Virus record (IMG/VR): IMGVR_UViG_3300037309_000059
Location: 1 to 64,000 of that record
Source of the DNA: a virus
DNA length: 64,000 nt
Reading direction: 5' to 3' (one strand)
In this document: positions 30,762 to 38,273 of the stretch, one piece after another
Layout: each line of letters begins with the position of its first letter
Position numbering within the stretch: position 1 is the stretch's first letter
Program-made: the position numbers and the translations under genes
The notes under the pieces: generated by a model
Database searches by the model: none
The model's input: only the letters and a program-made list of their open reading frames with translations
What the model was told of the DNA's origin: nothing

Positions 30762-31028
30762 CTACCCCAGGGGCTCCAGCGGAATCGGCTCGATCGGCAC
30801 AGGCTCGATCGTGATCGGCTGGGGCGGGGTCACCAGCTTGTCGAGAGGCGCCACGGAAGCGCCCCCTTCCTTCGAGGTCGCCCCGCTGGTGCCCTCATCG
30901 GCTGCGCAGCTCGACCACGCCACGCACACCACGTAGACGATGTTCGAGGGCTGGCCCTCCGAGGCCGTGGGCGGCATGACGCAGCCGCCCAGGATCAGGG
31001 CAGCGGCGAGCAAAGCAAGGCGGGGCAT
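30762..31028 (-). CDS. o-spanin-like lipoprotein
   Basis: The signal peptide and lipobox read MPRLALLAAALILGGC. The C-terminus is Pro-rich, and the start is embedded in the 3' end of the preceding ORF. Confidence 0.65.
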   Translation of the reverse strand: MPRLALLAAALILGGCVMPPTASEGQPSNIVYVVCVAWSSCAADEGTSGATSKEGGASVAPLDKLVTPPQPITIEPVPIEPIPLEPLG

Positions 31029-31273
31029 ATTTCCTCCATGGCGCGCTTTCGAGCCTCGGCGATCTGCTCCTCGGTCCCGCGCACGAACAGACTCGATCCC
31101 GATGGCGCGGAGACCTTGACGCAACCCTTCGGGCTGTCCGGCGGGTTGGAGATTCTGGCGATCTGCTCGGGCGACACGAGCACTTGCTGGGCGAGGTTCT
31201 TGGACAGTTCGCCCCCGAGGCTGCACGGCGTCAGCACGAGATAGCCGGCGAGGATCAGGATCGGGTCGGCCAT
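30995..31273 (-). CDS. i-spanin-like protein
   Basis: The product has an N-terminal hydrophobic anchor (ILILAGYLVLTP) and overlaps the lipoprotein gene, giving an overlapped spanin architecture. Confidence 0.5.
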   Translation of the reverse strand: MADPILILAGYLVLTPCSLGGELSKNLAQQVLVSPEQIARISNPPDSPKGCVKVSAPSGSSLFVRGTEEQIAEARKRAMEEICPALLCSPLP

Positions 31274-32220
31274 CAGCTCAGCGGGATCGAGAAGTCGGGC
31301 GCGAAGTTCTGGACCCTGGCGCAGCGGAACCGCGCGTCGCAGTCCCAGCGCGGGCCGCTCTCATCGGAGCCGCCGAAGTAGTTGTGCTCCTTCACGAGCC
31401 CGATGAGCGCCCGCGCCGACTTCGCCGGCATGGTCGGATCGGTCGGAACGCCGCGGAGCATCAGGTCGGTGCGGTTGAACACCTCCTTGCCGTCGATCCA
31501 AATCTGAACCTGCCCGTCCGCCACGCCCGGCGTGTTGATCTTGACCCGCTCGGTGTAGCGAACCTCACGGTCCTTCGGCACCGCCGGGCCGCTCCAGGGC
31601 ATCTTGTTGCCGCACTCGCCGGGGCGCTGCTGGTGGTAGCAATACAGCTCGAACTTGCCGCCGGTCTTGAAGGTGCTCCGCGTCGACCATGCCTCGGGCT
31701 TGATCGGCGAACAGTTGCCGGTGCCGTTCTGCGAGGGCGGGAGGCGCGTGTCGCCGATCGAGGACAGGCCGTAAATCTTGCCGCTCGACTTGTTGTGGTC
31801 CCAATCGAAATTGGGCGCGAACCACATCAGGAGGTCGAGCCACGCCTCCTCCAGCTCCCAGGGCAGCTCGGTGTTGACGATCAGCCCGTAGGGACCTTCC
31901 GAGTCCTTGCCCGAGCCGGACTTGCCCGCCTTGTGCCGAACCTCGCGGTCCGGCAGCACGAACACCAGGGGCTTGGGCGCCTCGGGGGCCGGATCGGGGA
32001 TCGCCCCGGGCCGCTCCGGGGGCTTGCTCATGGAGGGGATCGGAGCGTCGAGGGTCTGCCACCCGGCGCCGTCGATCCAGTCCTGCACGACCGCGTGCGG
32101 CTCCGTCGCGTTGTTCCGGTCGACGTAGATTCGAGCGCCGGGCACCTTCAGCTCGGGCCGTTCCTTGAAGTAGGCGTTCCTGGCCGCGAAGTCCGGAAAG
32201 TCGCCAGCCCAGCTCGGCAT
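31273..32220 (-). CDS. secreted/virion jelly-roll protein, possible polysaccharide lyase
   Basis: The start MPSWAGDF is at 32220. The C-terminal pattern KTGGKFELYCYHQQ ... GQVQIWIDGKEVF ... NYFGG resembles concanavalin-like lyases. This is weak and based on motifs only. Confidence 0.4.
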   Translation of the reverse strand: MPSWAGDFPDFAARNAYFKERPELKVPGARIYVDRNNATEPHAVVQDWIDGAGWQTLDAPIPSMSKPPERPGAIPDPAPEAPKPLVFVLPDREVRHKAGKSGSGKDSEGPYGLIVNTELPWELEEAWLDLLMWFAPNFDWDHNKSSGKIYGLSSIGDTRLPPSQNGTGNCSPIKPEAWSTRSTFKTGGKFELYCYHQQRPGECGNKMPWSGPAVPKDREVRYTERVKINTPGVADGQVQIWIDGKEVFNRTDLMLRGVPTDPTMPAKSARALIGLVKEHNYFGGSDESGPRWDCDARFRCARVQNFAPDFSIPLS

Positions 32221-32233
32221 GTTCCCTCGCAGA

Positions 32234-33577
32234 TTAGGACAGGTGGATGGCCGCGTCGGCGTACACCAGCGCGTCCGTAGCACTCTCACGAGCAAATGAC
32301 AGTCTTGCGGTCAAAGGACCAGAAACCGTCGGCGTGTATGTCAGGTCGATCCGTTGCTTCACCGTGGTGCCAGCGCCGACCCAGGAGCTGGTGGTGTCGT
32401 CGGCGAGATCGGTGGGGGTCCCGCCAAAGGCGGCCATGCTTGAGGCGGTGTAGGCTTGCGCCGTCGGCGAGGCGGCATCCGACGGCCCGGCAATGTCCAT
32501 CCAGAACCCATCGTTGCGCAGGCGACCGCCGGCCCCCGCCCCGACTCCGGCATGGGCGACAAAGGCGGAGATGGTCACCGGAATGCCCGCCATGACCCAG
32601 CCCACGACCAGATCGGGCGTCTGCGCCGCGTGGCTCGACTGCCTCCACGTCCGATCGGCGTAGGAGGTGATCGCCCAGGCGTGCGGGGTCGTGCCGTCCG
32701 AGGCGCCGTTCACCCGGTAGACCGCGGTCTGGATGACGGCCTGCCCGTAGTGAAGATAGAGGGCTCGGTCGACGATCGGGGCCAGGATGGGGGCCGCCCT
32801 GCAGCCCACCAGCATGACCCTGGAACCCTTGCGCTGCAGCCGATCGAGGCCGTCGTCGATCGCATAGGACGCTGGCAGGGCGCAGCGGACGCAGGTGACG
32901 TTGAGGGCGCCAACGCCGCCGCCGGGTGCGCCGTCGATGATGTTGTCGATCAGGGTGAGGTCGGCGTCGGTGATCGTGAAGTTCGCCGAGTGCCCGACGG
33001 CAGCCTGATTGAACAGGTCGACGTTGGTCCCCTTGGGGCCGAGGATGATCGGCCGGACGATCGTCCACCGGGCGGTCACACCGGTCTCGAACAGCCGGGT
33101 GAAGCCAGCTCCAGGCGCAAAGGTACAGGCGCGGGCGACCGCCGTGCTGCCGGTGTTGGTCGAGAGGATGAAAGCCTGATCGGCCTGCTTGGAGAAGCGG
33201 CAGAGAGAGAACTCGGTGTCCGCACCGGGGTTGATGGTGATGCTGGCGGCGACGCCCGAGTTGTCGAAGTGAAGGCCCTCGACCACGCCATAGGAGCTGA
33301 AGGCGTTGGCTCCCAGGACGATCCTGGCGCCATAGGTCGGGACGTTGTTCGCCTTGTTGACCGAGCGGATTCTGATGCCGCGATTGGTGCCCGATACGTT
33401 CACGGGCGCGGTCAGCGCGGCAGCAGCGGTCTCGCTATGCTGGTGCGAAAGCAGGAACTCGTCACCTGGGGCCTCGGTGATGGCGGTGAGGGCTGCCGCC
33501 AGCGAGGTGAAGGCGTTGGTCCATGAGGCGCCGGTTCCGGAGCCCGTGGCGGCGCTGTCGACGTAGTAGATCGGCAT
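32234..33577 (-). CDS. right-handed beta-helix (pectate-lyase-fold) tailspike-like protein
   Basis: The N-terminus reads IYYVDSAATGSGTGASWTNAFTSLAAAL, and beta-helix-like segments repeat through the protein. Confidence 0.55.
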   Translation of the reverse strand: MPIYYVDSAATGSGTGASWTNAFTSLAAALTAITEAPGDEFLLSHQHSETAAAALTAPVNVSGTNRGIRIRSVNKANNVPTYGARIVLGANAFSSYGVVEGLHFDNSGVAASITINPGADTEFSLCRFSKQADQAFILSTNTGSTAVARACTFAPGAGFTRLFETGVTARWTIVRPIILGPKGTNVDLFNQAAVGHSANFTITDADLTLIDNIIDGAPGGGVGALNVTCVRCALPASYAIDDGLDRLQRKGSRVMLVGCRAAPILAPIVDRALYLHYGQAVIQTAVYRVNGASDGTTPHAWAITSYADRTWRQSSHAAQTPDLVVGWVMAGIPVTISAFVAHAGVGAGAGGRLRNDGFWMDIAGPSDAASPTAQAYTASSMAAFGGTPTDLADDTTSSWVGAGTTVKQRIDLTYTPTVSGPLTARLSFARESATDALVYADAAIHLS

Positions 33578-33583
33578 GGGTTC

Positions 33584-34990
33584 CTACTCGGTAGCCGGCA
33601 GGACCATCGCGGTCAGCGAACGGTCGAAAGCGGTGTTGATCGAGTTCTCATTGATCGGCCCGCCGCCGCCCAGGTAGGGCAGGCCGTCGCCCGGCCAGAG
33701 CTGGTTCTCGACGTGATGCGGGCGCGGGTTGGCGACGACGCTCAGGTAGGGGATCATCGCCTGGAGTGCCGCCTCGATCTCATCGGCGACGCCCGCGATC
33801 GTGGTGCCGTCGAGCTGCCGGCCAACCTCATTGTCGACGCGCATCTGCAGGCGGGCCTTGCCGCCCGTCGTCTGCCCCTGCCGGTCAATGATGTAGCAGC
33901 CGTAGTAAGTCATCGTGTCGAGGAGCACGAGGCCGCGAGGGCTGCCGGCCAGGATCGCGCGCATGGCCGCATAGTCGTCGCCGGGCTGGATGCAGAGGCA
34001 GGCGCCGTAGGGCAGGAAGCCCAGGTTGTGGAGGGGATTGAACTGCGCCGAGTCCGGGTTCGCCGTGGCGTCCGTGCCGAAGGCGGGCCAGCAGATGCGC
34101 CGGTCGAGGATATGGATGCTGGTGTCGGCGGTGTTGCCGGTCGCGGTGCAGTTCAGCGCGTGCCGGATCGGCGCCGGGTTGGTCGCGTTGATCTCGTGGC
34201 CCATGAGGCACATGGCGGGCCAGCGGAACCGCCCGGCCGACTGGAACTCGCCCTGCAGGTCCTGGGTGTCGGTGTCGTCGTAGGGCCACTCGTCGTAATC
34301 GGTGTATTCGCGGCCGTTATAGTTGAAGTTGGTGAAGCAGCACGCAACGTTGGCAGCACCACCGTTGAGCGGCGCGAAAGAGGACGTGAAGTCGCCGCCG
34401 GTATAGGGCGGGTAGAACGGGTTGCCGCCGCCGACGATTTCGTCACCGGCCGGCATCCTCACCTGGACGGTGTTGCCGGTTCGGACGCCAGAGCCATTGA
34501 CCTCGTACATGGTCGTGAGCGGGTCGCTGGGGCTGGTGAGGTACCAGCCCTTGCGGCCCTGATTCGTGTCGCCCAGCTCGAAGCCGCCCACGGTGTCGCG
34601 CAGGCGCTGGAAGTCGCCGAGCACGCCCTTGCCGACGTACAGGGTCGAGCCGCGGTTCCAGGCTCCCCGCTCGACTCCGCCGGGGTAGCCGTACTCCGCG
34701 CCGGCCCCGATCGGCCGGTGGTGAGCGGAGCGGCGGTTGAAGGGGTTGAGAAACCGGCTCGACACGACGCTCAGGGTGGACATGCTGCCGATGCAGGCGG
34801 CGCTACCGTCCGGCAGCGTGACCATGCGCGGGATCGAACGGCGGTTGTAGGCCAGCCCGCCTGGGCCGATGGTCAGAAGCTCGGGCTGCCGCCGCCAGAC
34901 GGCCGGCTTGGGCGGATCGGGCGCCAGCGCCACCTCGTTCTGGTGGGTGCGCTTGATCTCGCCGCTGCGGGCGACCGCCAGCTCGGTCAT
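33584..34990 (-). CDS. tail-associated enzyme-like protein; the domain is paralogous to the C-terminus of 42463..46380
   Basis: Shared blocks with the 1305-aa protein are HALNCTATGN, RRICWPAFGTDA, LLDTMTYYGCYIIDRQGQTTGGKARLQMRVD and DGLPYLGGGGPI. Confidence 0.55.
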   Translation of the reverse strand: MTELAVARSGEIKRTHQNEVALAPDPPKPAVWRRQPELLTIGPGGLAYNRRSIPRMVTLPDGSAACIGSMSTLSVVSSRFLNPFNRRSAHHRPIGAGAEYGYPGGVERGAWNRGSTLYVGKGVLGDFQRLRDTVGGFELGDTNQGRKGWYLTSPSDPLTTMYEVNGSGVRTGNTVQVRMPAGDEIVGGGNPFYPPYTGGDFTSSFAPLNGGAANVACCFTNFNYNGREYTDYDEWPYDDTDTQDLQGEFQSAGRFRWPAMCLMGHEINATNPAPIRHALNCTATGNTADTSIHILDRRICWPAFGTDATANPDSAQFNPLHNLGFLPYGACLCIQPGDDYAAMRAILAGSPRGLVLLDTMTYYGCYIIDRQGQTTGGKARLQMRVDNEVGRQLDGTTIAGVADEIEAALQAMIPYLSVVANPRPHHVENQLWPGDGLPYLGGGGPINENSINTAFDRSLTAMVLPATE

Positions 34991-37900
34991 GGCAACTGGA
35001 AGCCCAGGGCGACCACGCCGCCCTTTGGCGCCGTGGTGCTGACGGCGGGCACGTCGAGGTAGAGGATATCACCCGGCAGAACGTCGTCGCGGGCCGCGTC
35101 GACCACGAAGCTGTCCGAAGCAACCGAGCCGCCAGCAAGGTTCAGCGGCGTCGAGAGCATGTTGGCCGAAGCCTGCCCGGCCGCTCGCACCCGGCGCACC
35201 TGGACCTGTGTGCTGGCTCCAGTGCCCGCCGTCGCCACGGCGATGTTCGCCTGCGTCAAGTTCATGCCGCCCATGGAGAGCGGCACCACGAACCAGTCCT
35301 TGGCGTTGCCGGTCGTGATATCGGCGGTCGGCGAGGTGGTGAGCTTGAGGTTCACGAACAGGATCGGGGCGATCCAGGCCGGGGCGCCGCCGGCACGGCC
35401 CACGATGTAGCCGTCCGTGGCGCCGGTCGCGTCGATCGCCAGCTCGGGCTTGTTCACCCAGGCCGGGACCGCAAGGGTGGTATCGTAGATCAGGGCCTCG
35501 CCGTCGGCCGGGGCGGTGATCTCCACATCATCCAGCTCGCCAAGCGCGCGAGGCAGGGTTGCGATCTCGGCCTGGACGAAGGCGGTCGTGGCGATCGAGG
35601 TGTCGTCATCGCCGGGGGCCGGCGTGGGCGCGGTCGGATTCCCCGTGAACGCCGGGCTCGCCAGCGGGGCCTTGGCGTCGAGTTCGGCCTGGAGTCCGGT
35701 CACATCGCCGATGACGTGGCCGTGGCTGGAGTCGGCCTTTCCGTCGAGGGCGGCCTGCAGGTCGGTGACGTCCGCAATGACGTGGTCGTGGTCGACCGCG
35801 GCCTTGGCGTCGAGTTCCGCCTGGAGCCCCGTGACGTCCGCGATGACGTGGGTGTGGGCGTCGTCGGCCTTGCCGTCGAGGGCTGCCTGGAGTCCGGTCA
35901 CGTCGTCGATCGCATGGCCGTGCCCGATGGGGGCGTAGCCGGCCAGCTCGGCTTGCACGAAGGCCGTGGTCGCGATCGAGGTGTCGTCATCGCCGGCCGC
36001 CGGGGTGGGTGCGGTCGGGTTGCCGGTGAAGGCGGGGCTATCGAGCGGGGCAAAGCCGCTCGCCGCGATCGTGACCGTATCGGTCGCCGGGTTCGTGGTT
36101 AGCGTCACGCCGGAGCCGGCAGCGAGGGTGAGCGTGTCGCCGACCGACTCCGCGATGACGTCGCCCTGGCCGGCGACGGCGATGATGGTGAACCCAGGGG
36201 ACGGGCCGCCGCCACCGCCGCCGGCCGCAACGGCGGCCTGGACGAAGGAGGTCGTGGCGATCGAGTCGCTGTCGTTGCCGAACGCCGGAGTCGGCGCCTG
36301 GGGGTCGCCCGTGAACACGGGATCGGCGATGGGCGCAAAGCCGCTCGTGGCGTCGGCGATCTCGGCCTGGACGAAGGCGGTCGTGGCGATCGAGGTGTCG
36401 TTGTCGCCAGCAGCGGGCGTGGGTGCCGTCGGATTGCCGGTCAGGGCGGGGCTGTCGAGAGGCGCCTTCCCGTCAAGCGCGGCCTGGAGACCGGTGACGT
36501 CGCCGATGACATGGGTGTGGGCGTCGTCGGCCTTGCCGTCGAGTTCGGCCTGCAGCCCCGCGACGTCGCTGATGGCATGGCCGTGCGTGAGCGGGGCCTT
36601 GTCATCCAGGGCGGCCTGGAGACCGGTGACGTCGGCGATCTCGTGGGTGTGATCGAGGTCCGCCTTGTCGTCCAAGGCTGCCTGGAGCCCCGTGACGTCG
36701 CCGATAACGTGGCCGTGGGCAGTCGGCGCATAGCGGGCATCAGCATCGCCCGTGGTCGGAATGTCGCCCGCTGCCGCCACCCCGATGGCGCGCTTGGTGA
36801 AGGTGTCCGCGCCGGTCTGCTCCAGAAGCCCGGCGGCGGCGTCGAGCCCGGCCAGGGCGTTGAGCGTGGCGTCGAGCGTGACGTTGGTCCGCGAGCCCCC
36901 GGCGTCGTCAGCCGCGGTGATGCCGCCGCCCACGAAGTTGATGGCGGCCTGTTGCGGGAGCCCGGTACCCTCATCCTGGACGGTCGTGATCCCGCCGCCG
37001 CCCGCTGCCGTGACGGCCGCCTGGACGAAGGCCGTGGTGGCGACCTGGGCGGTGTTCGTGCCGGGGTTCGCCGTCGGGGCGGTCGGGTTGCCGGTGAAGG
37101 CGGGGCTATCGAGAGGCGCCAGCCCATCGGTGGCGATCGTGACGGCATCGGTCGCCGGATCGGTGGTCAGCTCGATCCCAGCGCCCGCCACGAGCGTCAA
37201 GGAGTCGTTGACGATCTCCGCCACGACGTCACCCTGGCCGGCGACCGAGATGATCGCAAAGGCCGGGCCGCCACCGCCGCCACCGCCGCCGGCCGCAACG
37301 GCGGCCTGGACGAACTCGGTGGTAGCCAGGGTCGAGCTGTCGTCGCCGAAGGCGGGCGTGGGCGCCTGGGGCGTGCCGGTGAAGGTCGGGCTGTCGGTCC
37401 GCGCGTAGTCGGCCAGCTCGCTCTGCACCCAGGCCGTCGTGGCGATGCTGGCGTCGTCATCGCCGGCCGCGGGCGTGGGCGCGGTCGGGTTGCCGGTGAA
37501 GGCCGGGCTCGCCAGCGGCGCCAGCCCGTTCACCGAGTCCGCGATCTCCCGCTGAACGAAGGCGGTCGTGGCGATCGAGGTGTCATCATCACCAGGGGGC
37601 GCCGTCGGTGCGGTCGGGCTGCCCGTGAAGGCCGGGCTGACCAGGGGCGCGTAGTCCGCCAGCTCGCCCTGGACGAAGGCGGTCGTGGCGATCGAGGTGT
37701 CGTTGTCCCCGGCGGCCGGCGTGGGTGCCCTGGGGTTGCCCGTGAACAACGGGTCCGCCAGCGGCGCATAGTCCGCCAGCTCGGCCTGGACGAAGCCCGT
37801 GGTCGCGATCGAGGCGTCGCTATCGCCCGCCGTCGGCGTGGGTGCGGTCGGGTTGCCGGTGAAGGCGGGGCTCGCCAGCGGTGCGTAGGCGGTCAGAGCG

Positions 37901-38136
37901 TCGAGAACCTCGCCTTTGACGAAGGTGGTCGTCGCGATCGAGGTGCTGTTGTCGCCGGCCGCGGGCGTCGGTGCGGTCGGGTTGCCGGTCAGCGCCGGGC
38001 TGTCGACGTTCGCCTTGCCCGGCAGCGCCGCCTCGACCGCGTTCGCGGCGTTCTCGATCGCAGTGAGGTTCTGGTCGTGCTGGGTCGCGGTGAGAGGTGC
38101 CGCGGTCTCGGAGCGCTTGAGGAGATTAAGCGGCAT
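34987..38136 (-). CDS. tail fibre protein (1049 aa) with repeated collar motifs and HxH repeat arrays
   Basis: There are at least 12 copies of (A/D)SPAFTGNPTAPTP..GD..TSIATTAFVQ. Two arrays of HxHxIxDVTGLQAxLDxKA are also present. Confidence 0.8.
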   Translation of the reverse strand: MPLNLLKRSETAAPLTATQHDQNLTAIENAANAVEAALPGKANVDSPALTGNPTAPTPAAGDNSTSIATTTFVKGEVLDALTAYAPLASPAFTGNPTAPTPTAGDSDASIATTGFVQAELADYAPLADPLFTGNPRAPTPAAGDNDTSIATTAFVQGELADYAPLVSPAFTGSPTAPTAPPGDDDTSIATTAFVQREIADSVNGLAPLASPAFTGNPTAPTPAAGDDDASIATTAWVQSELADYARTDSPTFTGTPQAPTPAFGDDSSTLATTEFVQAAVAAGGGGGGGGPAFAIISVAGQGDVVAEIVNDSLTLVAGAGIELTTDPATDAVTIATDGLAPLDSPAFTGNPTAPTANPGTNTAQVATTAFVQAAVTAAGGGGITTVQDEGTGLPQQAAINFVGGGITAADDAGGSRTNVTLDATLNALAGLDAAAGLLEQTGADTFTKRAIGVAAAGDIPTTGDADARYAPTAHGHVIGDVTGLQAALDDKADLDHTHEIADVTGLQAALDDKAPLTHGHAISDVAGLQAELDGKADDAHTHVIGDVTGLQAALDGKAPLDSPALTGNPTAPTPAAGDNDTSIATTAFVQAEIADATSGFAPIADPVFTGDPQAPTPAFGNDSDSIATTSFVQAAVAAGGGGGGPSPGFTIIAVAGQGDVIAESVGDTLTLAAGSGVTLTTNPATDTVTIAASGFAPLDSPAFTGNPTAPTPAAGDDDTSIATTAFVQAELAGYAPIGHGHAIDDVTGLQAALDGKADDAHTHVIADVTGLQAELDAKAAVDHDHVIADVTDLQAALDGKADSSHGHVIGDVTGLQAELDAKAPLASPAFTGNPTAPTPAPGDDDTSIATTAFVQAEIATLPRALGELDDVEITAPADGEALIYDTTLAVPAWVNKPELAIDATGATDGYIVGRAGGAPAWIAPILFVNLKLTTSPTADITTGNAKDWFVVPLSMGGMNLTQANIAVATAGTGASTQVQVRRVRAAGQASANMLSTPLNLAGGSVASDSFVVDAARDDVLPGDILYLDVPAVSTTAPKGGVVALGFQLP

Positions 38137-38169
38137 CGGAGGCTACACCCTCACTCGTGCTGTATTCGT

Positions 38170-38271
38170 TCAGACGTAGACGTCAGGCTCGTAGACGTCG
38201 GCCTCGTAGACCGAAAGGAACGGGTTGAGCGCCTGTCGGATTCTTCCGACGAACAGGAGCTTGAGCCGCAT
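38170..38271 (-). CDS. 33-aa ORF between tail fibre genes (doubtful)
   Basis: The product is MRLKLLFVGRIRQALNPFLSVYEADVYEPDVYV. Its C-terminus is encoded by a 15-bp tandem repeat, and there is no convincing Shine-Dalgarno sequence. Confidence 0.2.
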   Translation of the reverse strand: MRLKLLFVGRIRQALNPFLSVYEADVYEPDVYV

Positions 38272-38273
38272 CC

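Noticed and set aside
31273-32220. The 315-aa gene next to the spanins as the endolysin.
   Set aside because: No lysozyme, transglycosylase, amidase or peptidase catalytic motifs were recognisable. The sequence looks more like a jelly-roll glycan-binding or lyase protein of the tail cluster.
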